From positions 178,116-242,115 of the forward strand of contig JAIXXF010000045.1 of the NCBI GenBank assembly GCA_027490925.1: a stretch of DNA of 64,000 bases, given 5' to 3'. Both the position numbers and the translations under genes were made by a program. How positions within the stretch are numbered: the stretch's first letter is position 1; each line of letters starts with the position of its first letter. This document shows, piece by piece, positions 19,922-29,637 of this stretch. This DNA comes from Comamonadaceae bacterium. GTDB lineage: Bacteria > Pseudomonadota > Gammaproteobacteria > Burkholderiales > Burkholderiaceae_C. Under the pieces are notes generated by a model. It was not told where the DNA came from, made no database searches, and saw only the letters and a program-made list of their open reading frames with translations.

Positions 19922-20796
19922 GCGACCAAGCCCTCATTCCAATGCAGCTTTTGCCGCAGTGTGTCAAAGTAACTCCAACCGCGAGGGTGCAGGAACCGCA
20001 CCTGGTGCTGGGAGCGGCGCACTGTGATGCGGTCACCGTGCATCAACGAGGCGAGCGATTGCATGTCGAAGTTGGCGCTAGCGTCGCGGCCCGACACGAT
20101 TTCGATCGCCACTTCGCCCGAGTCGGCCAACACGATGGGGCGGTTGGACAGGGTGTGGGGGGCTATCGGGACCAGCACCCAGCCGGCGATCGATGGGTGC
20201 AACAGCGGTCCGCCAGCCGACAACGCGTAGGCGGTGGAGCCAGTGGGCGAGGCGATGATCAGACCGTCGGCGCGTTGGTTGGCCACGAACCGGCCATCCA
20301 CCGCGACGCGCAGTTCGATCATGCCGGAGCCCGCGCCACGATTGACCACCACGTCGTTCATGGCAGTGGCGCTGAAGACGCAGCGCCCGTCTCGAACAAC
20401 CTCGGCTTGCATCATGCCCCGCCGGTCCTCTTCATATTCGCCGCGCAGCATGGGCGAGAGCGTCGCCTGGTAGTGGGCGAAGGGGATGTCGGTGATGAAA
20501 CCCAGGCGGCCTTGGTTGATGCCGATCAGCGGCACATTGAAGCGGGCCAGTTGTCGGCCGATGCCCAGCATCGTGCCGTCACCGCCCACCACCAATACCA
20601 GGTCGCATTGGGCCCCGATGGCCTCGACATCCAGCACAGGGAATTCGGTCAGACCCACGTTGGACGCGGTGTCGTGCTCGAACGACAACTCGCAACCCTG
20701 GCCGTCAATGAAGTGGGCCAGATCCTCCAGCGCGCCGCGAGACCCCACAGCGTTGTACTTGCCCACAATGGCGACGTGGCGGAACTGGGGTTTCAT
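19918..20796 (-). CDS. nadK: NAD+ kinase
   Basis: [10 protein letters not shown] (GGDGT) motif and an NAD-kinase C-terminal domain. Confidence 0.94.
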   Translation of the reverse strand: MKPQFRHVAIVGKYNAVGSRGALEDLAHFIDGQGCELSFEHDTASNVGLTEFPVLDVEAIGAQCDLVLVVGGDGTMLGIGRQLARFNVPLIGINQGRLGFITDIPFAHYQATLSPMLRGEYEEDRRGMMQAEVVRDGRCVFSATAMNDVVVNRGAGSGMIELRVAVDGRFVANQRADGLIIASPTGSTAYALSAGGPLLHPSIAGWVLVPIAPHTLSNRPIVLADSGEVAIEIVSGRDASANFDMQSLASLMHGDRITVRRSQHQVRFLHPRGWSYFDTLRQKLHWNEGLVA

Positions 20797-20832
20797 CCAT
20801 AAATTACATCACAACATCTCTAAAATGAAACG

Positions 20833-21855
20833 ATGCTGGACGACCGTGCCAAGTTGTTGCTGAAAGCGCTGGTGGAACGCTACATCGCCGACGGGCAACC
20901 CGTCGGTTCCCGCACGCTGTCCAAGGCCTCTGGCCTCGATTTGTCGCCCGCCACCATCCGCAATGTGATGTCGGATCTGGAAGAACTCGGCCTCATCGTC
21001 AGCCCCCACACCTCCGCTGGCCGCATTCCCACTGCCCGCGGTTACCGCTTGTTTGTCGACACCATGCTCACGGTGCAGCGTGGCCGCCTGGCGCCGATGG
21101 GCGACGGTGTACCGCCCCAATTGGCTGCCGAGCAGCCACAGAAGGTGATCGCCAACGCCGCGACCCTGCTGTCCAGCCTGTCGCAGTTCGTGGGGGTGGT
21201 GCTGGCACCGCGGCGCACGTCGGTGTTTCACCACATCGAGTTCTTGCGACTGTCCGAGCGGCGCCTGCTGGTCATCATCGTGTCGCCACAAGGCGACGTG
21301 CAAAACCGGGTGATCTTCACCGAGGCAGACTACACCCAAACCCAGCTGGTGGAGGCGGCCAACTTTCTCAACGCCCACTACAGCGGCATGGCCATGGAGC
21401 AGGTTCGCGAGCGGCTGCAGCGCGAGGTGGAGCAGCTGAGGGGCGAGATCGGCGCCTTGATGCAGGCCGCCGTTCAGGTCAGCTCGGAGGCCATGACCGA
21501 CGCGCGTGACGACGTCGTCATTTCCGGCGAACGCAACTTGTTGGCGGTGAGCGATTTTTCCAACGACATGGACCACCTGCGGCGCGCATTCCAACTGTTC
21601 GAGCAAAAGACACAGCTCATGCGCTTGTTGGATGTGTCCAGCCAAGCCGCTGGCGTGCGGATTTACATCGGCGGCGAAAGCCAGGTGGTGCCAATTGAAG
21701 AACTGTCCGTAGTGAGCGCGCCGTACGAGGTGGATGGGCAAATTGTCGGGACGCTTGGCGTGATCGGCCCGACTCGGATGCCCTACGAAAAGATGATCCA
21801 GATCGTGGACATCACCTCCAAACTGGTGACCAATGCGCTGAGCCACAACAAGTGA
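20833..21855 (+). CDS. hrcA: heat-inducible transcription repressor HrcA
   Basis: [30 protein letters not shown]... and [13 protein letters not shown]. Confidence 0.94.
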   Translation: MLDDRAKLLLKALVERYIADGQPVGSRTLSKASGLDLSPATIRNVMSDLEELGLIVSPHTSAGRIPTARGYRLFVDTMLTVQRGRLAPMGDGVPPQLAAEQPQKVIANAATLLSSLSQFVGVVLAPRRTSVFHHIEFLRLSERRLLVIIVSPQGDVQNRVIFTEADYTQTQLVEAANFLNAHYSGMAMEQVRERLQREVEQLRGEIGALMQAAVQVSSEAMTDARDDVVISGERNLLAVSDFSNDMDHLRRAFQLFEQKTQLMRLLDVSSQAAGVRIYIGGESQVVPIEELSVVSAPYEVDGQIVGTLGVIGPTRMPYEKMIQIVDITSKLVTNALSHNK

Positions 21856-21870
21856 GCCCAGGATGGGCTC
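21854..21870 (+). terminator. hairpin overlapping the hrcA stop (weak terminator candidate)
   Basis: GAGCCCA-GGA-TGGGCTC 7-bp stem. The tail UUACAAUCCU is only partly U-rich. Confidence 0.4.
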
Positions 21871-21889
21871 TTACAATCCTCAGCGGTGT

Positions 21890-21966
21890 GGGGCGTTAGC
21901 TCAGTTGGTCAGAGCAGAGGACTCATAATCCTTTGGTCGTTGGTTCAAGCCCAACACGCCCTACCA
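21890..21966 (+). tRNA. tRNA with anticodon CAU (Met or lysidine-type Ile2; the body resembles Ile2)
   Basis: 77 nt: GGGGCGT acceptor, GCTC/GAGC D-stem, anticodon loop CTCATAA, T-loop GGTTCAAGCCC and 3' ACCA. The anticodon-stem and T-arm sequence resembles E. coli ileX as I recall it. Confidence 0.9.
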
Positions 21967-21994
21967 AATTTTGAATGCTATAATTAAATGCTTC

Positions 21995-22071
21995 GCGGCT
22001 GTAGCTCAGCTGGATAGAGTACTTGGCTACGAACCAAGGGGTCGTGGGTTCGATTCCTGCCAGCCGCACCA
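21995..22071 (+). tRNA. tRNA-Arg (anticodon ACG)
   Basis: 77 nt: acceptor GCGGCTG/CAGCCGC, anticodon loop CTACGAA, T-loop TTCGATT and 3' ACCA. Confidence 0.93.
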
Positions 22072-22080
22072 AAAATGAAG

Positions 22081-22115
22081 AGGGTCAGCCGTCTTGCGAC
22101 AGCTGACCCTTTTTC
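22081..22115 (+). terminator. rho-independent terminator of the tRNA pair
   Basis: 9-bp stem AGGGTCAGC/GCTGACCCT followed by TTTTT. It lies inside the spurious N-terminal part of track ORF 22075..22725. Confidence 0.8.
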
Positions 22116-22164
22116 ATTGGCGCCGCCCAACGAAGAGTCCCACTGCACACCGTTGACCATCTCC

Positions 22165-22725
22165 ATGAGCAAAGCATTCACCAAAGAGTCCGACTCAGGC
22201 AACGAAGACGACTTGGGGCTGCCGCCCTTGCCCGCTGGCGGTAAAAACTACATCACGCCCCAAGGCTTTGCCCGGTTGCGTTCCGAGTTGCTGGATCTGA
22301 TGGACAACGAGCGGCCCAAGGTGGTGGAGGCGGTGCATTGGGCGGCCAAAAACGGCGACCGTTCTGAGAACGGCGACTACCTTTATGGAAAAAAGCGGCT
22401 GCGTGAAATCGATCGCCGCATCCGATTCTTGACCAAGCGGCTGGAGATCGCCGAGGTCACCGACCCAGCCCTTCACCACGGGCGTGACCAAGTCTTCTTC
22501 GGCGCTCACGTCACCTACGAGGACGCAGCAGGCGACTCACGCACCGTACGCATCGTGGGCATCGACGAAGCCGACAGCGCTCAGGGCGACGTCAGCTGGA
22601 TCTCACCCGTGGCCCGTGCGCTGCTCAAGGCGCGCGAAGGCGATGTGGTGAAGCTCATCACGCCCCATGGCCCGCAAGACATTGAGGTGGTTCAGGTGGT
22701 CTACCCCGCACCCACTGGCACCTGA
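22165..22725 (+). CDS. greB: transcription elongation (cleavage) factor GreB
   Basis: YITPQGFARLRSEL and AAKNGDRSENGDYLYGKKRLREIDRRIRFL. ATG at 22165 is downstream of the tRNA terminator. There is an acidic N-terminal extension of about 25 aa. Confidence 0.9.
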   Translation: MSKAFTKESDSGNEDDLGLPPLPAGGKNYITPQGFARLRSELLDLMDNERPKVVEAVHWAAKNGDRSENGDYLYGKKRLREIDRRIRFLTKRLEIAEVTDPALHHGRDQVFFGAHVTYEDAAGDSRTVRIVGIDEADSAQGDVSWISPVARALLKAREGDVVKLITPHGPQDIEVVQVVYPAPTGT

Positions 22726-22728
22726 CGG

Positions 22729-24975
22729 TCACTGGCCGGGCTGGGCCCGTTGCGCACGCAACACCGAGCCTGTTCGCTTTAGGCTGCGCAGCACCGAATC
22801 CAAGTGGGCGGTGTCGCGCACCGCCACCACGAAGCGCAGGTCGGCCGCCTCCTGGCCTTGCTCTTCGCCCATGTCCACGTGGGTGATGTCGGCTTCGGCG
22901 GTCGCCAGCGCCGCCGCCACCCGGGCCAGCACGCCTTTGCCGTTGGCCACTGTGACCACCAAGCCGGTCTCAAACAAGCGCGTCGGTTCGTCTGACCAGG
23001 CCACGGTGATGAAGCGCTCGCTGTCCTTGTATTGAAGACGCTTGCCGACAGCGCACGCGGCGGTGTGCACCACCAAGCCCTCGCCGCGCCCGAGGTAACC
23101 AACGATGGCCTCGCCCGGGATAGGGCGGCAGCATTGGGCGAGCTGAATCGAGGCGTTTTCGCTGCCGTCCAGAACCAACGCCCCTTGCGACACGGTCTCA
23201 TGCGCGCTGTAGCGTTCACGGGTCATCAACAGCGCGTCGGGCTTGGCACCCGCTTCGGTCAGGAGTGCGGCCAGCCGCTTGGCGATGATGGTCGCAATGC
23301 GTTTGCCCAAGCCAATGTCGGTCAACAACTCGGCGCGGCTGCGGTTACCGCTGAAATGCAGCAACTTGTCCCACAGGGGCTGGTTGGCTTCGCCGTCTTC
23401 GGGCAAACCTTCGATGCCTTCGGCCCTGATCGCCTGGATCAGCAGGCGCTCACCCAACTGTTCCGACTCGCTCTGGGCCAGGGTCTTCAGGTAGTGGCGG
23501 ATCTTCGAGCGGGCACGGCCTGTGCGTACAAACCCCAGCCACGCGGGGTTGGGGCTTGCCGAGGAGGAAGTGACGACTTCCACCACGTCACCGTTCTTCA
23601 ACTCGGTGCGCAACGGCATCTGTTCCCCATTGACCTTGGACGCCACAGCCCGGTCGCCCACGTCACTGTGGATGGCGTAGGCGAAGTCGACCACCGTTGC
23701 GCCGCGCGGCATGGCCATGATTTGGCTTTTGGGTGTGAACACGTACACCGCGTCTGGGAACAGGTCCACCTTCACGTGGTCCCAAAACTCGGCTGCGTCA
23801 TGGGTCTCGTGCTGGATGTCCAGCAGCGACTGCAGCCACTTGTTGCCCAGGCGGTCTGCGTGGTCGGCGGCGGTGTGATTGGCCTTGTACAACCAGTGGG
23901 CGGCCACGCCCGATTCAGCGACCATGTGCATGGACTCGGTACGCATCTGGAACTCGACGTTCACACCAGAGGGCCCCACCACGGTGGTGTGCAGCGACTG
24001 GTAACCGTTCACCTTGGCGATCGCAATGTGGTCTTTGAAGCGGCCGGGCACAGGCTTGTAGAGCTGGTGCAAAACACCGAGGGCGGTGTAACAGTCGATC
24101 ACCGTGGGCACGATGATGCGAAAGCCGTAGATGTCAGTGACTTCCGCAAAGCTCAGGTGCTTTTCGTCCATCTTGCGGTAGATGGAGTAAAGGGTCTTTT
24201 CTCGCCCGTAAAGGCGCACCGGGATGCCATTGTGGGTGAACACCGCCTCCACTTCCGACTGCACTTTTTGCATCAGGTCGCGGCGCCGACTCCGGGCTTT
24301 CGTCAAGGCCTTGGTGAGTACGCTGTAGCGCCACGGCCGCAAGTGGCGCAGCGCAAGGTCCTGCAACTCGCGGTAGGTCTGATTGAGACCAAGCCGGTGC
24401 GCGATTGGGGCGTAAATGTCCAGAGTTTCAGACGAAATACGGCCCCATTTTTCGGGCGGCATGTCGCCCAGGGTGCGCATGTTGTGGGTGCGGTCCGCCA
24501 GCTTGATCAGAATCACCCGAACGTCGCGCGCCATCGCCAACAGCATCTTGCGAAACGACTCGGCCTGGCTTTCTTCCCGCGTGTTGAACTTGAGCTTGTC
24601 CAACTTGGTCAGCCCATCCACCAGGTCGGCCACAGGTGCACCGAAGCGTTCGATCACCTCGGCCTTGCTGATCCCGCAATCTTCGATCACGTCGTGCAGC
24701 AGCGCCGCCATCAGCGCCTGCGCGTCCAGCTTCCATTCCGCACACTGCTGGGTGACCGAAATCGGGTGGGTGATGTAAGGTTCGCCGCTGTTGCGCAGCT
24801 GGCCAAGGTGCACCTCGTCGGCGAAGCGGTAGGCCTGGCGGACTTGTTCGATGTCAGACGCGTCGAGGTAGTCCAACTTAGCGGTCAGCGCGGCGAAGCT
24901 GGCAGCCGCAGCATTGGCTGCCGCCGGGTGGACAGGTTCTGGTTGGGTGGACGCTTTGCGCGTGGACACTTTCAT
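22729..24975 (-). CDS. spoT: bifunctional (p)ppGpp synthetase/hydrolase SpoT/RelA-family
   Basis: HD hydrolase motifs (HPISV ... LLHDVIEDCG), the synthetase region (YKPVPGRFKDHIAIAKVNGYQSLHT), and TGS and ACT-like C-terminal domains. Confidence 0.95.
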   Translation of the reverse strand: MKVSTRKASTQPEPVHPAAANAAAASFAALTAKLDYLDASDIEQVRQAYRFADEVHLGQLRNSGEPYITHPISVTQQCAEWKLDAQALMAALLHDVIEDCGISKAEVIERFGAPVADLVDGLTKLDKLKFNTREESQAESFRKMLLAMARDVRVILIKLADRTHNMRTLGDMPPEKWGRISSETLDIYAPIAHRLGLNQTYRELQDLALRHLRPWRYSVLTKALTKARSRRRDLMQKVQSEVEAVFTHNGIPVRLYGREKTLYSIYRKMDEKHLSFAEVTDIYGFRIIVPTVIDCYTALGVLHQLYKPVPGRFKDHIAIAKVNGYQSLHTTVVGPSGVNVEFQMRTESMHMVAESGVAAHWLYKANHTAADHADRLGNKWLQSLLDIQHETHDAAEFWDHVKVDLFPDAVYVFTPKSQIMAMPRGATVVDFAYAIHSDVGDRAVASKVNGEQMPLRTELKNGDVVEVVTSSSASPNPAWLGFVRTGRARSKIRHYLKTLAQSESEQLGERLLIQAIRAEGIEGLPEDGEANQPLWDKLLHFSGNRSRAELLTDIGLGKRIATIIAKRLAALLTEAGAKPDALLMTRERYSAHETVSQGALVLDGSENASIQLAQCCRPIPGEAIVGYLGRGEGLVVHTAACAVGKRLQYKDSERFITVAWSDEPTRLFETGLVVTVANGKGVLARVAAALATAEADITHVDMGEEQGQEAADLRFVVAVRDTAHLDSVLRSLKRTGSVLRAQRAQPGQ

Positions 24976-25020
24976 GAACCGACTTTATCGCGTCTGGCGA
25001 TGATGGGCGGACGCCCATGA

Positions 25021-25048
25021 AAAAAAGCACCGCATGGCGGTGCTTTTT
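25021..25048 (-). terminator. bidirectional-type hairpin terminator/attenuator between rpoZ and spoT
   Basis: AAAAAA-GCACCGC-ATG-GCGGTGC-TTTTT. On the minus strand the 7-bp GC stem is followed by U6, about 20 nt after the rpoZ stop. Confidence 0.75.
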
Positions 25049-25066
25049 CGGCTGCGCGAGAAGGGA

Positions 25067-25270
25067 CTAGCCAGGGACTTTTTTCAGCATTTCCAAACCC
25101 ACCTTGCCCTCTGCGATCTCGCGCAGCGCGGTGACACAGGGCTTGTTTTTGCTGTCCACCTTGGCAACGTGGCCTTGACCCAGCATGCGGGCACGGTAAG
25201 TGGCGGCCAGCACCAACTGGAATCGGTTCGGAATCTGTTCCAGGCAGTCTTCAACGGTGATGCGGGCCAT
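25067..25270 (-). CDS. rpoZ: DNA-directed RNA polymerase subunit omega
   Basis: [30 protein letters not shown]. Confidence 0.95.
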   Translation of the reverse strand: MARITVEDCLEQIPNRFQLVLAATYRARMLGQGHVAKVDSKNKPCVTALREIAEGKVGLEMLKKVPG

Positions 25271-25294
25271 GGGGGTTCTCCTGAACGGGGGGAC

Positions 25295-25915
25295 TCAAAC
25301 GATGCCGAGGGCACTGAAAGTATCGGCTCGGGCTCGACGTTGGGCCACGAACTTCAACCGCTGCGCCTGAACAATTGCTTTTAAATCGTTCAGCGCTGTT
25401 TCAAATACATCATTGATTATAACGAAGTCAAACTCGTGGGCCTGGGCCATCTCCACTGCGGCGTTCTTCAGCCGGACCTCGATGACTGCCGGTCTGTCTT
25501 CCCCGCGCCCTTCCAGGCGGGCGCGCAGTTCGTCCCAGCTCGGCGGCAAAATGAAGACGAGCGCCGCGTTGGCGAACAGTCGTTTGATTTGCAGCGCACC
25601 CTGAAAGTCGATCTCCAGCACCACGTCACCGCCCGCGGCAATGCGGCTTTCGATCGCCTCTCGAGAGGTGCCATAGCGTCGCCCGTGCACCTCGGCCCAT
25701 TCGATGAACTGGTTGTTTTGAACCATTTGGTCAAAGGCGGCGTCGCTGACGAAAAAATACTCGCGCCCGTGCTGCTCCGCACCACGCGGCGGCCGGGTGG
25801 TGTGAGAGACCGACGGCAGCACCTGCGCGTCGGCGGCCTTCAGGGCCTTCACCAGGCTGGATTTGCCCGCGCCGCTGGGTGCGGCCACCACAAACAAATT
25901 GCCAGGGTAGTCCAT
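25295..25915 (-). CDS. gmk: guanylate kinase
   Basis: P-loop [10 protein letters not shown] and [12 protein letters not shown] at 25915 gives an N-terminus of E. coli-like length; the GTG at 25927 would overlap the yicC stop. Confidence 0.93.
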   Translation of the reverse strand: MDYPGNLFVVAAPSGAGKSSLVKALKAADAQVLPSVSHTTRPPRGAEQHGREYFFVSDAAFDQMVQNNQFIEWAEVHGRRYGTSREAIESRIAAGGDVVLEIDFQGALQIKRLFANAALVFILPPSWDELRARLEGRGEDRPAVIEVRLKNAAVEMAQAHEFDFVIINDVFETALNDLKAIVQAQRLKFVAQRRARADTFSALGIV

Positions 25916-25923
25916 GGCGCACC

Positions 25924-26820
25924 TCACTCGATGTTTTGAACTTGCTCGCGCATCTGTTCGATCAGCACCTTCATATCGACCGAGATGCGGGTCAACTCGA
26001 GCGCTGCCGACTTGGAACCCAGGGTGTTGGCTTCACGGTGCATTTCTTGGATCAAGAAGTCCAGCCGCTTGCCCAGTTCACCGCCTTGGTTGAGTAATCG
26101 CTCGACCTCGTCCAAATGGGCGTTGAGGCGGGTGATTTCTTCTGCCACATCGATGCGGATGGCGAACGCGGTGGCCTCAGTGAGCGCACGGTCTTGCGCA
26201 GCCTCGGCGCTGACACCGCCCCCAGCCAGTGCCAGGGTCTCTTGCCAGCGCGCGAGGAAGCGTTCGCGTTGTTGTGCCACCAGAGCGGGCACCAATGGGC
26301 CAGCGCGCCCCGCCAGCCCGCGCAGCGAGGCCAGGCGATCGCGCAGCATGGCGACCAACTTGTCGCCCTCCCGGGCCCGCGCGTCCAGCAAGGCGTGCAG
26401 GGCCGATTGGGCCAGCTCCGTCAGTTGTGCGTCCAGGTCCTGGAGTGGCGGCTGGTCGCTGGCGGCGAGCCTGATCACATCGGCCACGCTGAGCGAGGCG
26501 GCTTGCGGCAACCAGGCTTGAACGGTGTCTTGCAGGCCACTGAGCCTTTGCAAGGCTGCAGCGGGTGGGTCTTTGATCGCCCCGCCCGGCGCGGATTCCA
26601 GCGCGACCCTGACCTCCACTTTGCCGCGCTTGAGGCGGCTGGTGAGTTTTTCGCGCAACGCCGGTTCAGTGTGGCGGAGTTCGTCTGGCAGGCGGAACAC
26701 CAGGTCCAGAAAACGGCTGTTGACTGAGCGGATTTCCAGCCCCAGACGGGGTGCTGCAGCGCCGTTTGCAGGCGGGCTTTGCTGGACGCTGGCGTAGCCA
26801 GTCATGCTGTAAACTGACAT
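25924..26820 (-). CDS. yicC: YicC-family stress-induced protein
   Basis: [11 protein letters not shown]-terminus and the C-terminal [13 protein letters not shown] motif. ATG at 26820. Confidence 0.9.
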   Translation of the reverse strand: MSVYSMTGYASVQQSPPANGAAAPRLGLEIRSVNSRFLDLVFRLPDELRHTEPALREKLTSRLKRGKVEVRVALESAPGGAIKDPPAAALQRLSGLQDTVQAWLPQAASLSVADVIRLAASDQPPLQDLDAQLTELAQSALHALLDARAREGDKLVAMLRDRLASLRGLAGRAGPLVPALVAQQRERFLARWQETLALAGGGVSAEAAQDRALTEATAFAIRIDVAEEITRLNAHLDEVERLLNQGGELGKRLDFLIQEMHREANTLGSKSAALELTRISVDMKVLIEQMREQVQNIE

Positions 26821-26889
26821 CGCGTAGAGGTTCTTCCATGTGTTGGAGCAAGCGGTTCGACGTTCGCCAAACACCACCTGTCGCAAATT

Positions 26890-27897
26890 ATGTCAAAGGT
26901 CAAACCCGCGCCCTTGGAGCCAGGCACCCGCATCGGTGGCTACAAGGTGGTCCGCAAGGTGTCGGCCGGGGGATTCGGGGTGGTGTACCTCGCGGTTGAC
27001 GCCGAAGGCCAGCAGGTCGCGGTGAAAGAGTTCCTGCCGTCGTCTTTGGCCACTCGGTCCCCGGGCGAGTTGCTGCCCAAGGTCGCGCCCGACAAGCAGT
27101 CACTGTACCGACTGGGCCTCAAGAGCTTTTTTGAGGAGGGGAGGGCGTTGGCGCAGATCTCCCACCCGTCGGTGGTGAGCGTGCTCAACTTTTTCCGCGA
27201 GAACGAAACGGTTTACATGGTGATGAATTACCTGGAGGGCGCCACACTGCAGGACTTCATCGTCACCGCGCGCGACCGGAAGCGGCCCAAGGTGTTCCGC
27301 GAATCGACGATCCGGTCGTTGTTCGACGAGATCTTGCGCGGACTGCGCATCGTCCACCAGCACAAGATGCTGCACCTGGACATCAAGCCCGCCAACATTT
27401 TCATCACCGACGACGACCGCGCGGTGATGATCGACTTTGGCGCGGCCCGCGAGGTGCTGAGCAAGGAAAGCACCTTCACCCGGCCGATGTACACCCCCGG
27501 CTTTGCACCGCCCGAGCTGTACCGGCGCGGCAGCGCCATGGGGCCGTGGACCGATATTTATTCCATCGGCGCGTGCATCTTCGCGTGCATGCAAGGTTTT
27601 CCCCCGAACGACGCGCCGCAACGGCAAGAAAAAGACCGGCTGGCGAGCGCATTGGCGCGCTACCGAGGCGTGTATTCCGACGGCCTGCTGCGGGTGGTGG
27701 AGTGGTGCATGGCGCTTGACCCGCTGGCCCGGCCGCAATCGGTTTTTGCGCTGCAGAAAGAACTGGGTCGAGAGACCGAGCGGGTGTACACCAAGTTGTC
27801 GATGTCCGACCGGGTTCGTTTGCAGTTGGACAGCTTTGTCTCTGACACCCGCAAGTCGGTGATGGGTGGTTCGGTGATGGGAAGCCGTCCGAAATGA
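26890..27897 (+). CDS. Hanks-type Ser/Thr protein kinase, kinase domain only, non-RD (HLD) type
   Basis: G-loop SAGGFGVVY, VAVKEF lysine, catalytic loop LHLDIKPANIF, DFG and TPGFAPPE. No TM or sensor domain visible. Confidence 0.88.
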   Translation: MSKVKPAPLEPGTRIGGYKVVRKVSAGGFGVVYLAVDAEGQQVAVKEFLPSSLATRSPGELLPKVAPDKQSLYRLGLKSFFEEGRALAQISHPSVVSVLNFFRENETVYMVMNYLEGATLQDFIVTARDRKRPKVFRESTIRSLFDEILRGLRIVHQHKMLHLDIKPANIFITDDDRAVMIDFGAAREVLSKESTFTRPMYTPGFAPPELYRRGSAMGPWTDIYSIGACIFACMQGFPPNDAPQRQEKDRLASALARYRGVYSDGLLRVVEWCMALDPLARPQSVFALQKELGRETERVYTKLSMSDRVRLQLDSFVSDTRKSVMGGSVMGSRPK

Positions 27898-28805
27898 AGT
27901 TCTCGGTGTTCCAGCTCAGCCGCCGTGGTGGCCGCGACAAGAACGAAGACCGCGTGGGGTACTGCTACACCCGGGAGGCCGCCCTGCTGGTGCTGGCCGA
28001 CGGCATGGGCGGCCACCCCGAAGGCGAGGTGGCCGCGCAAATGGCGCTGCAGACCGTGTCGGCCTTGTTCCAAAAGGACGCCCGGCCTTTGGTGCGAGAT
28101 GTTCCGCACTTTCTGAGCAACGCGCTGCTGGCGGCGCACCACCACATTGTTCGTTACGCCGACACCCGACAGATGTCGGACTCACCGCGCACCACGCTGG
28201 TGGTCGCGCTGATCCAGCAAGGCCGCGCTACCTGGGCCCACTGCGGCGATTCGCGGTTGTACCTGGTGCGCGACGGCGCCTTGCTGACCCGCACCTTGGA
28301 CCATTCTTTGGCTGAACGCCCACCGTCGCTGGCGGTGCAAAGCATGGAACCGGTGAACCGCAACGTGCTGTTCACTTGCATCGGCACACCGGGGCGGCCA
28401 AATTTTGATGTGTCGGAGCCGGTGGCCTTGCACGAAGGCGACAAGCTCATGTTGTGCTCCGACGGCTTGTGGGGCCCGCTGGAGGAGCGGCTGCTGGTGA
28501 ACGAACTGGCCAGCCAGCCGGTGTCAGAGGCCGTGCCGTCGCTGGTGAGCCAGGCGCTGAAGGCCGGTGGTCGCTATGCCGACAACACCACCGTGCTGGC
28601 CATGGAGTGGGAAACGCCCCACGCGCTGAACACCCCCAGCGGCGGCGCGGTCCACACCGATGGCATCAGCGAGGACGTGTTCGCCTCCACCATCATGTCC
28701 AGTGGCATCGAGGTGGTGGAAGACGGGCTGGACAATGAAGCGATCGAACGCGCCATCGCCGAAATCAACGAAGCCATCCGCCGCTCGTCCGCCAAAAAGC
28801 CCTGA
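27894..28805 (+). CDS. PP2C-family Ser/Thr phosphatase
   Basis: [28 protein letters not shown] and DNTTVLA. ATG overlaps the kinase stop (ATGA). Confidence 0.9.
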   Translation: MKFSVFQLSRRGGRDKNEDRVGYCYTREAALLVLADGMGGHPEGEVAAQMALQTVSALFQKDARPLVRDVPHFLSNALLAAHHHIVRYADTRQMSDSPRTTLVVALIQQGRATWAHCGDSRLYLVRDGALLTRTLDHSLAERPPSLAVQSMEPVNRNVLFTCIGTPGRPNFDVSEPVALHEGDKLMLCSDGLWGPLEERLLVNELASQPVSEAVPSLVSQALKAGGRYADNTTVLAMEWETPHALNTPSGGAVHTDGISEDVFASTIMSSGIEVVEDGLDNEAIERAIAEINEAIRRSSAKKP

Positions 28806-28854
28806 CCGTCTCGGCCGCTCTGCTTTTCAACGACCCACATTTTTCGGAATTCCC

Positions 28855-29583
28855 ATGACCTCTTTTGTTCGCAGCGGCCAGCGCGCCGCCAACCAGTTGC
28901 GCCCGGTGCGCATCACCCGTGGCTACACCATCCACGCCGAAGGCTCGGTGCTGATCGAGTTCGGCAACACCCGTGTGCTGTGCACCGCCTCGGTGGAAGA
29001 GAAGGTGCCCGGCCACAAAAAGGGCAGCGGCGAGGGCTGGGTCACCGCCGAATACGGCATGTTGCCACGGGCCACGCACACCCGCGGGGACCGGGAAGCC
29101 GCGCGCGGCAAACAAAGCGGCCGGACCCAGGAGATCCAGCGGCTGATTGGCCGCTCCATGCGCGCGGTGTTCGACTTGAAAGCGCTGGGCGAGCGCACCA
29201 TCCACCTTGATTGCGACGTGCTGCAAGCCGATGGCGGCACCCGCACGGCCGCCATCACCGGCGCCTATGTGGCGGCGGCCGACGCGGTCGGCACCTTGCT
29301 TGCCAGCGGCAAACTCAAGGCTTCGCCGATCTTGGGGCCGGTGGCGGCGGTCTCGGTGGGCATCGTGCAGGGCGTGCCCTTGCTGGACCTGGAGTACATA
29401 GAAGACGCCGCCTGCGACACCGACATGAACGTGGTGATGACCGGTGCGGGCCACTTCATCGAGGTGCAGGGCACGGCCGAAGGGGCGGCATTTTCTCGCC
29501 GTGAACTGGACAGCTTGCTCGCCTTGGCAGAAAAAGGCATCACCGAGTTGGTCGCCTTGCAAGCCGATTCACTATCAAAATAA
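28855..29583 (+). CDS. rph: ribonuclease PH
   Basis: [24 protein letters not shown] and [22 protein letters not shown] at 28855 lies inside track ORF 28660..29583. Confidence 0.95.
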   Translation: MTSFVRSGQRAANQLRPVRITRGYTIHAEGSVLIEFGNTRVLCTASVEEKVPGHKKGSGEGWVTAEYGMLPRATHTRGDREAARGKQSGRTQEIQRLIGRSMRAVFDLKALGERTIHLDCDVLQADGGTRTAAITGAYVAAADAVGTLLASGKLKASPILGPVAAVSVGIVQGVPLLDLEYIEDAACDTDMNVVMTGAGHFIEVQGTAEGAAFSRRELDSLLALAEKGITELVALQADSLSK

Positions 29584-29587
29584 TAGC
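29571..29587. repeat. AT-rich 17-nt palindromic motif, copy B (ACTATCAAAATAATAGC)
   Basis: Read directly. It spans the rph stop codon, upstream of rdgB. Confidence 0.4.
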
Positions 29588-29637
29588 GGTATAGTCAGGT
29601 GTTACAAGGGCTAAAAGCCCGTTTGGCATCAACTCCC

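Noticed and set aside
21984-22202. 72-aa minus ORF and the 22075 start of the greB track ORF
   Set aside because: Both run through the tRNA-Arg gene and/or its rho-independent terminator. greB homology starts near ATG 22165.
23032-25020. 662-aa + ORF opposite spoT
   Set aside because: It is antisense to a full-length SpoT that has HD, synthetase, TGS and ACT motifs, and its composition is not protein-like.
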